From Candidatus Dormiibacterota bacterium (GTDB taxonomy: Bacteria > Chloroflexota > Dormibacteria > CF-121): DNA of 64,000 bases. The stretch lies in NCBI GenBank assembly GCA_036782775.1, contig DAIPYJ010000006.1:4289-68288 (forward strand), read 5' to 3'. Position 1 is the stretch's first letter. Each line of letters opens with the position of its first letter. Made by a program: the position numbers and the translations under genes. Below are positions 40,057-49,113 of the stretch, in pieces. The notes below the pieces were generated by a model, which did no database searches, was not told where the DNA came from, and worked only from the letters and a program-made list of their open reading frames with translations.

Positions 40057-40917
40057 ATGGGTGCCCATTCCAGCGGTCGACGCGCGCTCGCCGGCTTCTT
40101 TGGTCTGGTGCCGCTCGTCGTCGTCCTTTTTGGGGCGGTCGCGATGGTTGCCCTCCACCCGGTCGACGGCCTTGCCTGGGTGCAGGTGCCAGACCTTACG
40201 GCAGACCTCCGGTTGGATGCCGGGCTCAGTACGAAGCCCCTGAAAACGACGATCGTCGCGGAAGCGCTGCGCGATCAGGCGCTCGGTGGTGGCGCCCAGG
40301 CGTTGGTCGTTCCCCCCGCGCTCGCCGTCGTGCCGCCGCCCGCGATTGTGGCCGTCAGCCTGCCGCCTGCCGCCCGCCCGGTCGACACGCCGGCGCCGCA
40401 ACCGACCCCCGCACCGACCCCCGCCCCCACGCCCGCACCTGCACCCGCACCGGTGACGCCTCCGGCAGCGACACCCGCTCCAGCGCCGCAACCGACCCCC
40501 GCACCGACCGCCGCCCCCACGCCCCAACCGACGCCCGCACCGACGCCGGCTCCCACGGCGAGGCCGACTCCTGCCCCTAGCTTCGCCATCACGTTCGCGG
40601 GTGAGCTCGTCTGGAAGACGAACAGCTCAGGCAATGGGAATGGCAGCAACCGGTGCTCGCAGCTTACCGTGCATGCCTCGGGCGCCTTCACCACGAACGG
40701 TGCCGGCGGAGTCGTGTCATACGAGTGGGTTCGGGTCGACAACACCGGCAATCGAATCGTGATCAGCGAGGCGCCGATTCGGATTGCTGCCGGCGATAGA
40801 TCCTGGCATTCGGTCGTGAGCGACAGCTTTACACCGGCGCATAGCGGCTCGGAGCAGCTCGTCTTCCTCAGTCCCACCTATCCAGTCGCTGCGCAGAGCT
40901 GGAGCTGCCTTGGCTAG
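40057..40917 (+). CDS. membrane-anchored Pro/Ala/Thr-rich repeat protein with about 110-aa C-terminal globular domain
   Basis: N-terminal TM (FFGLVPLVVVLFGAVAMVAL). PTPAPTPAPTPAPAP... repeats. C-terminal domain with two Cys. 8-nt overlap with the GGDEF gene. Confidence 0.55.
   Translation: MGAHSSGRRALAGFFGLVPLVVVLFGAVAMVALHPVDGLAWVQVPDLTADLRLDAGLSTKPLKTTIVAEALRDQALGGGAQALVVPPALAVVPPPAIVAVSLPPAARPVDTPAPQPTPAPTPAPTPAPAPAPVTPPAATPAPAPQPTPAPTAAPTPQPTPAPTPAPTARPTPAPSFAITFAGELVWKTNSSGNGNGSNRCSQLTVHASGAFTTNGAGGVVSYEWVRVDNTGNRIVISEAPIRIAAGDRSWHSVVSDSFTPAHSGSEQLVFLSPTYPVAAQSWSCLG
40390..40570. repeat. tandem duplicated about 90-bp Pro-Ala-Thr codon repeat (CCGACCCCCGCACCGACC units)
   Basis: caaccgacccccgcaccgacc[c/g]ccgcccccacgcc occurs at about 40399 and about 40489. 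Confidence 0.6.
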
Positions 40918-43582
40918 GCGCCTGACGTTGCCGACGCTGAGGATCCGGATGCAGATCATCCTGCCGTTCCTCCTGCTCATGATGATCCTCGGAGTGATCG
41001 GCACCTATCTGACGACCAGTCTGGTTGCAGGCTCGCTCGAACGTCGCATTGCGGATCAGCTCGTGCAGGCGGAAAACGGGGCGCTCGACGCGGCCGTCAA
41101 ACTCCAGGGCCGCCAGGTAGCCGCGATTCGCCTGATCGCCAACACGGAAGGAGTCGACCAGGCCGTCCGCGCTGGCGACGCCGCCCAGCTCCGCCAGCTC
41201 ATCGTTCCACTCGAGGTCAACAACCGCCTCGGGACGGTAATGGTTTTTGACGCTTCTGGAAAGACCATCCTGGAAGTCAGCCAGCCGGATCCAACCAACC
41301 CCAACGGCCTGGTATTCCGCAGTGGCACCGACCTCGCCGCCGAGCCGGCCGTGCAGCCCGTATTGAAAGGCCAGTTCGACGCGCTCGGCGACAAGTACAT
41401 CGCGTATCTGGGCTCCCCTCCGACGGCGCTCGCCGCTGCCGGGCCCATCACGCTGGGTGACCGCGTCGTCGGTGGCGTCCTGATCGAGTCGCCATTGCCG
41501 GATGTCCTCGCTGAAATGGCGGGGGAGTCGCAGGCGCAGGTGACGCTGCTCGATACCAACGGTCGTGTCCTGGCCAGCACACTCACCGGGCTGCCTACCG
41601 GCTTGATGGACGACCACCTACGCTCGTATCTGTCGCTCGCCTCGCCGGGTCGGGCTGCGACCAGCACCATGACCGTCAACGGTCAGGCGTACGAGTTCCA
41701 GTTCACGAACTTTTATCTCCGCCAGCACGTCGAAGGGTTTCTCGCGGTGGCGCTCTCGCGCAAGGGCGTTATCGATGCCGGCGTGCAGTCCGCCATCCAG
41801 ATGACAGCGCTCTTCGCCGGGGTCGTCTTGATCCTGCTCTTGATCGGCTATCTGCTCGCATTGCGGCTCACGCGGCCGATCGAGGACCTGGTGGCCGGCA
41901 CCAGGGCGGTCGCGCGTGGCGATCTAAGCACGCGTCTGACGGTACGTCGAAAGGATGAGCTCGGTGAGCTCGCGCTCGCCTTCAACACCATGGCCCAGGA
42001 CCTGCAGGAGCGCACCCGATCGCTGAACGAGCAGATGCGCCGGCTGGCCGCCCTCTCGCAGACGAGCCAGGGACTGGGCCGCGACGAGGAACCCGGGGCG
42101 ATGGCCGAGGCGATCCTCGGTGTCAGCCTCAAAGCGCTCGGCCTGGAAAAGGCATTGTTGATGGCCCGCACCGATAGCGGTGGCCTCGAGACGCGGGCCA
42201 CGGTCGGTCTATCCTCCAAGGCGGCCGGCCAGTTGGGACGGATCAGCCCAGCCAAGCTGGCCGAGGGGTTCGCATCAGAGTCTGCCGCGGCGGTCAAGAC
42301 CGCCGTCCGCTTGACGGCGGATCCGCGTCTCGGGCTGCGGCTCTTTGGGGAGCTCGCCGGTGTCGAAGAAGCGCTGATCGTGCCGCTGCTTCGCGCCGAG
42401 CGGAACGCCGGCTATCTGGTGGCCGGTGTCGCCGCCGGCTACCGACTGCCGCAGCAGGATGTCGAGCTGCTGCAGACGATCGCGACCGAGATGGCGCTCA
42501 TGATGGAGAACGCCGAGCTGCGCAAGAAGACACAGCTCCAGGCGCACCGCCTCGACCAGGCCATCGTCGCGCTCGAGAAGATCTCTCAAGCCCTCACGAC
42601 CGTCACGGTGGGAACCGACAACCTCCTGCGGGCGGTGGCGCACGCCACCGCGGAGATCCTCGACGTCCCCTACGCCTCGCTTCATTTGCGCAAGTCCTCG
42701 TGGAAACAACAGTTTGCGGACGTCATCGTGGGGTCGACTGACCGCCGTGACCTGACGGCGATCCGGCACAGCGGCGAACTGGCGGCCCAGCGCGTGCAAC
42801 AACCTTCCCAGGTCGTCGACGTCGACCTGCTCGACGAGCGCGGCGCGCCGCTTCCTGCCGTCCGCCGGGCCGGCCTCAAGCGGGCGGTGGCAGTCCCGAT
42901 GTCCGTGGGCGGTGAGATCGTGGGCGTCCTCGTGATCCACATGCGGACGCCGCGTACGCTGGAGCGCAGCGAGGTCCGCGTGCTGCAGACGCTTGCCAAC
43001 CAGGCCGTGATTGCCATCGAAAACGCGGCCGCCTACGAGCAGACCAAGCAGCTGGCGACCACGGACGCGTTGACGGGCGTTGCCAACCACCGTGAGCTGG
43101 AGGCGTACCTCGATCGCGAGCTGCAACGAGCGGCCAGAACCGGAGAACCGCTGGCGCTCATCATGTGCGACCTCGACAATTTCAAAGAGATCAACGACAG
43201 CGTCGGCCATCCGGCCGGGGATCAGGTGTTGCGACATCTCACGCGGCGGATCCTCGTCCCCGCAGTCCGTCCCAAGGACCTGGTCGCCCGTTACGGCGGC
43301 GATGAGTTCGTCCTGGTGTTGCGCGGTGCTGACAGCCGGGTCGCGGTCGCCGTCGCCGAGCGGATCCGCAAGACCGTCGAGGGTCAAGCGGTGCTCGTCG
43401 ATGGCAAGGCGACCTCCAACCTGTCGGTCAGCCTGGGCATCGCCGTCTTCCCCCGCGACGGTGAGAACCGGGAATCGCTGGTGCAGGCAGCCGACCAGGC
43501 GCTCTACATGGCGAAGCGATCGGGCCGCAACCGCGTCGTCCGGACCGGCCTGTCGAACGGCGAACTGCAAGCAACCGCCTGA
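40910..43582 (+). CDS. sensor diguanylate cyclase: TM - extracytoplasmic sensor domain - TM - HAMP - 2xGAF - GGDEF
   Basis: C-terminal ..ALTGVANHRELEAYLDRE..LALIMCDLDNFKEINDSVGHPAGDQVL..RYGGDEFVLVL.. Two predicted TM helices about 270 aa apart. Confidence 0.85.
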   Translation: MARRLTLPTLRIRMQIILPFLLLMMILGVIGTYLTTSLVAGSLERRIADQLVQAENGALDAAVKLQGRQVAAIRLIANTEGVDQAVRAGDAAQLRQLIVPLEVNNRLGTVMVFDASGKTILEVSQPDPTNPNGLVFRSGTDLAAEPAVQPVLKGQFDALGDKYIAYLGSPPTALAAAGPITLGDRVVGGVLIESPLPDVLAEMAGESQAQVTLLDTNGRVLASTLTGLPTGLMDDHLRSYLSLASPGRAATSTMTVNGQAYEFQFTNFYLRQHVEGFLAVALSRKGVIDAGVQSAIQMTALFAGVVLILLLIGYLLALRLTRPIEDLVAGTRAVARGDLSTRLTVRRKDELGELALAFNTMAQDLQERTRSLNEQMRRLAALSQTSQGLGRDEEPGAMAEAILGVSLKALGLEKALLMARTDSGGLETRATVGLSSKAAGQLGRISPAKLAEGFASESAAAVKTAVRLTADPRLGLRLFGELAGVEEALIVPLLRAERNAGYLVAGVAAGYRLPQQDVELLQTIATEMALMMENAELRKKTQLQAHRLDQAIVALEKISQALTTVTVGTDNLLRAVAHATAEILDVPYASLHLRKSSWKQQFADVIVGSTDRRDLTAIRHSGELAAQRVQQPSQVVDVDLLDERGAPLPAVRRAGLKRAVAVPMSVGGEIVGVLVIHMRTPRTLERSEVRVLQTLANQAVIAIENAAAYEQTKQLATTDALTGVANHRELEAYLDRELQRAARTGEPLALIMCDLDNFKEINDSVGHPAGDQVLRHLTRRILVPAVRPKDLVARYGGDEFVLVLRGADSRVAVAVAERIRKTVEGQAVLVDGKATSNLSVSLGIAVFPRDGENRESLVQAADQALYMAKRSGRNRVVRTGLSNGELQATA

Positions 43583-43629
43583 TTTTCCGTCGCGAACGGC
43601 GGCCAGGCGTTCGGTAATCTTTCCAGACC

Positions 43630-44901
43630 ATGCCCCCGATCGCGCAACGCGTGCGCGGCACGCAAGACCTGCTGCCTGCCGACCAGCCGTATTGGGATGC
43701 GATGGAGCAGGCGGCGCGCCAGCAGGCTGAGCGGTTCGGCTACCAGCGGATCGAGACGCCCATCTTCGAGGCCACCGAGCTCTTCGTCAGGAGCGCCGGC
43801 GAGGGCAGCGACATCGTGACCAAGGAGATGTATACGTTCACCGACCGCGGCGGTCGATCGATCACGCTGCGGCCGGAGGGGACCGCGCCCATCCTCCGGG
43901 CCTATTTCGACGGCGGCCTCGACCAGGAACCGCAACCCGTTCGGCTCTATTACCTGGGACCCTACTTCCGCTACGACCGGCCGCAGGCCGGGCGGCTTCG
44001 CCAGCTGCATCAATTCGGCATCGAAGTCATCGGCGACGGCAGTCCGGAGCTCGATGCCGAAGCGATCTTGCTCGGCTGGGAATGGTTCAAGACGCTCGGC
44101 ATTGAGGGCATCACCTTGCGGCTCAACAGCATCGGTGACGAGGTTTGCCGGCCGGCCTATCGCGAGAAGCTCCGTGCCTACTATCAACCCCGGCTCGACC
44201 GCCTCAGCGGGGAGAGCCGAGCCCGATTCGAGAAAAACATCCTTCGCCTCTTCGATTCCAAAGAGCCGCAGGACGAGGCGCTGAAACAGGACGCCCCGAA
44301 GATCGTCGACTTCCTTTGCGATCCGTGCGCGCAAGCGTTCGCCCAGGTGATGGCGATCCTGGCGGATGAGGGAGTGCCCTATCTGCTCGATCCGATGTTG
44401 GTACGAGGGCTCGATTACTACACCCGTACCGTCTTCGAGTTCCAGCACGAGAGCCTGGGCGGCGCCCAGAATGCGCTGTGCGGCGGCGGTCGTTACGACG
44501 GGCTGGCCGCTGCCCTCGGTTATCGACCCACCCCCGGCGTTGGCTTTGCCGCCGGCCTCGACCGGACTGCGATGGTCCTCAAGGAGACGACGCCGATGTC
44601 GCCAAAGACCGCCGACGTCTACGCCTTCGCGCTGGATCCGATCGATGAGCCGCACGTCATGCATCTGGCCGGCACCCTCCGCGGCGCCGGCTTCCAGGTG
44701 GTCGTCGATCCGGGGACCGGCCGGCTGGACTCGCGCTTGCGGAAGGCCGTCAAACGTGGCGCGAAAGTGACGATCCTGCTCGGACCCGATGAGCGGGAGA
44801 AGGGCGAGGCGGTCGTGCGCGACATGCGGCTCAAGACCCAGGTCAGCGTGCCGGAGGCGCAGCTGGTTACGACCGTGAGCGAGGCGCTCGGGCGCCGATG
44901 A
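43630..44901 (+). CDS. hisS: histidyl-tRNA synthetase
   Basis: Class II motifs, HisRS-specific regions. No T-box leader. Confidence 0.9.
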   Translation: MPPIAQRVRGTQDLLPADQPYWDAMEQAARQQAERFGYQRIETPIFEATELFVRSAGEGSDIVTKEMYTFTDRGGRSITLRPEGTAPILRAYFDGGLDQEPQPVRLYYLGPYFRYDRPQAGRLRQLHQFGIEVIGDGSPELDAEAILLGWEWFKTLGIEGITLRLNSIGDEVCRPAYREKLRAYYQPRLDRLSGESRARFEKNILRLFDSKEPQDEALKQDAPKIVDFLCDPCAQAFAQVMAILADEGVPYLLDPMLVRGLDYYTRTVFEFQHESLGGAQNALCGGGRYDGLAAALGYRPTPGVGFAAGLDRTAMVLKETTPMSPKTADVYAFALDPIDEPHVMHLAGTLRGAGFQVVVDPGTGRLDSRLRKAVKRGAKVTILLGPDEREKGEAVVRDMRLKTQVSVPEAQLVTTVSEALGRR

Positions 44902-46673
44902 CGCGCACCGCGCGCACCTACGCCGGTGAGCTGCGAGCCGACCGTGTCGGCGCGGAGGTGGAACTCTACGGCTGGGTGCATCGGCGCCGCGACCTCGGCG
45001 GGCTGATCTTCATCGATCTGCGGGATCGCAGCGGCATCGTGCAGGTGAAGTTCGATCCGGTCCACGAAAAAGCGCATGCTGCGGCGGGTGAACTGCGGGT
45101 GGAAAGCGTCGTCCATGTCTGCGGCCCGGTCCGGCGACGTCCCGCCGGCACCGAGAACAAGGAGCTGCCAACCGGTGAGATCGAGGTCGAGGCGGACCTC
45201 GTCGAGACCCTCAACCGCGCGCAGCCTCCACCCTTTTCCGTCAACGAAGAGACGGCGGTCGACGAGCAAGTCCGCCTTCGCTTTCGCTATCTCGATCTAC
45301 GGCGTCAGCGAATGGCGCGCAATCTCCAGCTGCGGCACCGGATCAGCAAGGCGATTCGTGATTTCCTCGACGACGAAGGGTTTCTCGAGATCGAGACCCC
45401 GGTGCTCATCCGAAGCACACCCGAAGGAGCCCGCGATTACGTCGTGCCCAGCCGGCTCAACCCGGGATCGGTGTATGCGCTGGCGCAATCACCGCAGCTC
45501 TACAAGCAGCTGCTCATGGTCGGGGGGCTGGACCGATATTTCCAAATCGTCCGCTGTTATCGCGACGAGGATCTGCGCGCGGATCGGCAGCCGGAGTTCA
45601 CCCAGCTCGACCTCGAGATGTCGTTCGTCAACGAGGACGACGTCATCGATGTCATCGAGCGCTGCTTCGCGCACGTGTGGAAGACCGTGCTGGACGTCAC
45701 CGTCCCGGTGCCGATTCGTCGGATCACCCACGCTGACTCGATGCTGCGCTACGGTGTCGACAAGCCCGACCTGCGCTACGGCCTCGAGATCGACGAGGTC
45801 ACAGCCGCCTTTGCCGGCACGGGGTTCAAGATCTTTCGCCAGGTCCTCGATGCTGGCGGTGTGGTGCGTGCCATTCGGGTGCCGTCGACGCTCGGCGCCA
45901 AAGACATCGAGCGGTTGACGGAGGTGGCCAAGGCGGAAGGCGCCAAGGGACTGGCCTTCTGGCACCGCCAAGCGGACGGTTGGCAGTCGCCGATCAGCAA
46001 GTTCTTCAGCGCCGATGAGCTCGGTGAGCTCGAGCGCTTGACCGGCGCCAAGCCAGGCCAGACCGTCGTGGCGGTTGCCGACAAGGCCGAGGTTGCGGCG
46101 CCCGCCCTGGGCTCGGTCCGTAAAGCCCTGGCCCAGGACCTGGGTCTGACGAAAGCCGCCGGGCGATTCGAGTTCGTCTGGGTCACCGATTTTCCTCTCT
46201 TCGAGCGCAGCCGGGAAACAGGGGAAATCACGGCCGCCCATCATCCGTTCACCTCGCCGCAACCCTCTGACCTCGAGCTGCTGGACCGCGAACCGCTCAG
46301 GGTTCGGGCGCGGGCCTACGACCTGGTTCTCAACGGCACCGAGCTCGGCTCGGGGAGCATCCGCATCCATGACCCGGAGATGCAGCAGCGGGTCTTCGCC
46401 GGCCTCGGCATCGGGCGCGATGATGCGGAGCGCCGCTTCGGCTTTCTGTTGAACGCCTTCCGCTACGGCGCCCCGCCGCACGGCGGCTTTGCCTATGGCC
46501 TCGACCGGGTGGTGATGCTGGCGGCGGGGGAGGAGACGATCCGCGAGGTGATCGCCTTCCCGAAAAACCAGCAAGCGGAAGAACCGATGACCGGCGCTCC
46601 TGCGCCGGCTGAGCCGAATCAGTTGCGCGACCTGGGCCTGCAACCGATTCGCAAGCCGACGGCGATCGGATAG
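44898..46673 (+). CDS. aspS: aspartyl-tRNA synthetase
   Basis: OB-fold N-domain, FFQIVRCYRDEDLRADRQPEFTQLD, QLDLEMSF, GGLDR. Confidence 0.9.
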   Translation: MTRTARTYAGELRADRVGAEVELYGWVHRRRDLGGLIFIDLRDRSGIVQVKFDPVHEKAHAAAGELRVESVVHVCGPVRRRPAGTENKELPTGEIEVEADLVETLNRAQPPPFSVNEETAVDEQVRLRFRYLDLRRQRMARNLQLRHRISKAIRDFLDDEGFLEIETPVLIRSTPEGARDYVVPSRLNPGSVYALAQSPQLYKQLLMVGGLDRYFQIVRCYRDEDLRADRQPEFTQLDLEMSFVNEDDVIDVIERCFAHVWKTVLDVTVPVPIRRITHADSMLRYGVDKPDLRYGLEIDEVTAAFAGTGFKIFRQVLDAGGVVRAIRVPSTLGAKDIERLTEVAKAEGAKGLAFWHRQADGWQSPISKFFSADELGELERLTGAKPGQTVVAVADKAEVAAPALGSVRKALAQDLGLTKAAGRFEFVWVTDFPLFERSRETGEITAAHHPFTSPQPSDLELLDREPLRVRARAYDLVLNGTELGSGSIRIHDPEMQQRVFAGLGIGRDDAERRFGFLLNAFRYGAPPHGGFAYGLDRVVMLAAGEETIREVIAFPKNQQAEEPMTGAPAPAEPNQLRDLGLQPIRKPTAIG

Positions 46674-46683
46674 ACTGCCGGCG

Positions 46684-46953
46684 TTGCCTTTCGTCGTTCC
46701 TCCCGTCCTGGTGCTGGCAATCCTCCTCATCCTGGTGGCAACGCAGCTGTCCTACCTGGTTGCTCCGGGAGGCCCCCATTACCTCATCCGACTCGGCTTG
46801 AGCACGCTTGCCGTCCTGATCGGGGAAGCGATCAGCCTGCTTGGCCCGGGGGCGCGGCTGGCGGTCGGCGAACTCCATCCGATCGCCGACCTTGCCATCC
46901 TGGCCGTCTTGCAGTGGGCCGGGACCTGGGCCCTTCGCCGGCAGCCGGTTTAA
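46684..46953 (+). CDS. small hydrophobic membrane protein (about 89 aa, TTG start)
   Basis: High-GC3 hydrophobic ORF directly after aspS. No homology recognised. Confidence 0.4.
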   Translation: MPFVVPPVLVLAILLILVATQLSYLVAPGGPHYLIRLGLSTLAVLIGEAISLLGPGARLAVGELHPIADLAILAVLQWAGTWALRRQPV

Positions 46954-47021
46954 TCCAGTGAGCGCCACGGTAGAACTTGGGGAGCGACGCTCGTTGAGCG
47001 GGCGCTGAAAGGAGAGCAATC

Positions 47022-47363
47022 ATGGTCTGGCAGGTGGGCGTGCTCCTGGTGGGGATCGGGTTCCTGATCGTCAGCCTCTTCGCCGCTTTCATCCTTCTGA
47101 ACATGACGCGGAGCCTGCGCACGGTCGAGGCCATCCTCAGCCTGACGCTTGACGAAGCCCGCCTGGCGCTGCCGGAACTTCGTCACAGCGTGCAGCAGAT
47201 CGACGACATGGTGACCGCGGTCAATGACAAGTTCACGACCGCCGATCGAGCGATGAATGCCACCGGCGCCGCCATCAGCGGCTGGCGCGACCGCGTCCGC
47301 GATACGCTCGGCGGAATCGGCCGGCGCAGGAGCGGACAGCATGCCGAGCGGGAGGAATCATGA
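47022..47363 (+). CDS. DUF948-like membrane protein
   Basis: N-terminal TM VGVLLVGIGFLIVSLFAAFILL followed by helical domain. AAAGGAGAG RBS upstream. 4-nt overlap with next gene. Confidence 0.6.
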   Translation: MVWQVGVLLVGIGFLIVSLFAAFILLNMTRSLRTVEAILSLTLDEARLALPELRHSVQQIDDMVTAVNDKFTTADRAMNATGAAISGWRDRVRDTLGGIGRRRSGQHAEREES

Positions 47364-47848
47364 GGGAAGGCCGCACCCGACAGCACACCGCCGACAGCCA
47401 CGAGGCCACCGCTGGCGGCTCGTACGTGACCGAGCTGAAGCTCCCGGCGGTTGGTGATTACATCGTGGTCGCCAAGCGGGCTGCCGCCTCGCTCGGGTTG
47501 GTGGTTGGCTTTTCGCTCCCCGAGATCGACGATCTGAACATCGCCATCACCCAGGCCTGCGAAAGCGCGTGTGCCACCGCCGCAGCCAAGTGGGGGAGGG
47601 GCAACGGCCAGCTCAAGTTGCTCTTCAAGAGCCAGCCGCGCAAACTCGAGGTGGAAGTCCGAAGCGTCCCACCGCGGGCGGTCGAGCAGCAACAGCAGGC
47701 GGCGGTCCGCCGGCGCGCGGAAGCCGACCTCGACTATGAAAGCATTGGCCTCAACATGATCCGGCTCTTTGTCGACGAGCTCCGCTATCAGGTCGACAAC
47801 CAGACCGGAAGCATGCGCATGAGGATGGTCAAATACCTGATCGAGTAG
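47360..47848 (+). CDS. anti-sigma factor, RsbW/SpoIIAB-like serine kinase (HATPase_c_2)
   Basis: LKLPAVGDYIVVAKRAAASLGLVVGFSLPEIDDLNIAITQACESA resembles RsbW N-region. Immediately upstream of the SigB/F-type sigma factor. Confidence 0.7.
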   Translation: MREGRTRQHTADSHEATAGGSYVTELKLPAVGDYIVVAKRAAASLGLVVGFSLPEIDDLNIAITQACESACATAAAKWGRGNGQLKLLFKSQPRKLEVEVRSVPPRAVEQQQQAAVRRRAEADLDYESIGLNMIRLFVDELRYQVDNQTGSMRMRMVKYLIE

Positions 47849-47850
47849 AA

Positions 47851-48630
47851 CGGCCGGCAACCACGTCCTCGACGACGGTCCGCCCCAATCGCGATCTCGT
47901 TCGACGCCTCTTCCTCAAGTACCAGAAAACCAAGGACCCCAAGGTCAGGCAGCAGCTCGTCGAGCTGTTCAACAACCTGGTGGTCTTCCTTGCCCGCAAG
48001 TTCGCCAATCGCGGCGAGCCGCTCGAGGACATCGTCCAGGTCGGCTATATCGGGCTGCTGCAGGCGATCGAGCGCTTCGAGCCGCAGCGCGGGCTGGAGT
48101 TCTCGACCTTCGCGACGCCCACCATCGTGGGCGAGATCAAGCGCTATTTCCGCGACAAGAGCTGGGCAGTCAAAGTGCCACGGCGTCTCCAGGAGACGAT
48201 GCAGCGCGCCGACCTCGCCGGGCAGCGCTTGCAGGCGCGCCTGGGACGCCAGCCGTCTGTGCAGGAGATCGCCAAGGAGTTGGAGCTCGACCCCGAAGAA
48301 GTGCTGGCGGCGATGGAGGCGAGTCCTGCCCAGCGCACCATCTCGTTCGAGTCGACCGGACCGGCGCCGCGCGACGACGACGGCCTGCAGCTAACCGAGC
48401 GCCTTGGGCTCGATGACCAGAACCTCGATAAGGTCGAGCTGCAGGATCTGCTCGACCAGGCGATGCGGCACCTGACGCCGCGCGAGCGCCGCATCATGTA
48501 CCTGCGCTTCGTCGACGAGCTGCCCCAGGCGGAGGTCGCCAAGCGGCTTGGCATCTCGCAGATGCACGTCTCTCGCCTGCAGCGCGCCGCCGTTGAGCGG
48601 CTCAAACGGGAGTTACCCGTCCCTGGTTAG
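47851..48630 (+). CDS. group-3 sigma factor (SigB/SigF family)
   Basis: Regions 2-4: LARKFANRGEPLEDIVQVGYIGLLQAIERF, region 3, C-terminal HTH LPQAEVAKRLGISQMHVSRLQ. Region 2.1 lies upstream of the first canonical start (GTG 47980). Frame is open from 47740 with no ATG/GTG/TTG. Confidence 0.8.
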   Translation, partial: RPATTSSTTVRPNRDLVRRLFLKYQKTKDPKVRQQLVELFNNLVVFLARKFANRGEPLEDIVQVGYIGLLQAIERFEPQRGLEFSTFATPTIVGEIKRYFRDKSWAVKVPRRLQETMQRADLAGQRLQARLGRQPSVQEIAKELELDPEEVLAAMEASPAQRTISFESTGPAPRDDDGLQLTERLGLDDQNLDKVELQDLLDQAMRHLTPRERRIMYLRFVDELPQAEVAKRLGISQMHVSRLQRAAVERLKRELPVPG

Positions 48631-49065
48631 TTAGGGGACCAGAGGCGGTGCCGGCCCGGTCTTGCGATCGAGGTTGGCCACGTGCTGATCGACGTCCTTG
48701 AGTTCGGCAGTCACCTGCGCAAGATCGGCATCGAGCTGCGCAATCTTGGCGGCGAGATCCCGCATCGAGGGATCGAGGTTGGCGGTGTTCGACTGGATCT
48801 GGTTGAGCCGGGCGTCCATCTGGTGGATGTCCGGCTGGATGCGGTCGAGGTCCGCGCGCATGGCATCGAGCCGGCTGACGGATGGAGCGCTGCTCGGGAG
48901 CGATGAGCCGAGCTGGCGCATCTGCTGAAGCATCAGAAACATCTCGATCACGATGACGGCGAGAAAGACGATCATGACTGCTCCCGCCCAGACGAGGGCC
49001 CGGCGGAGCGGGTCTGGCGAGCCGGCGGCGTTGCTGATCCGCCTGCCAAGTGCGCTCATATTCAC
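48631..49065 (-). CDS. membrane-anchored coiled-coil protein with periodic LDxxxAxLD repeats
   Basis: N-terminal TM ALVWAGAVMIVFLAVIVIEMFLML then repeated LDAMRADLDRIQ / LDPSMRDLAAKIAQLDADLAQVTAELKDVDQHVANLD. The DNA shows corresponding imperfect direct repeats. Confidence 0.5.
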   Translation of the reverse strand: MNMSALGRRISNAAGSPDPLRRALVWAGAVMIVFLAVIVIEMFLMLQQMRQLGSSLPSSAPSVSRLDAMRADLDRIQPDIHQMDARLNQIQSNTANLDPSMRDLAAKIAQLDADLAQVTAELKDVDQHVANLDRKTGPAPPLVP

Positions 49066-49113
49066 ACCCTACCTTCGGATGGCGGCCTGAGGCCAATCGG
49101 TGATCTCGATACA

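Noticed and set aside
37612-40527. Long minus-strand ORFs (335 aa and 617 aa) antisense to relA and the PAPT-repeat gene
   Set aside because: Overlap strongly supported plus-strand genes. Extreme Gly/Arg/Asp composition. No motifs.
42275-46730. Long minus-strand ORFs antisense to the GGDEF gene, hisS and aspS (431, 386, 413 aa)
   Set aside because: Antisense to unambiguous conserved genes. GC-driven open frames.
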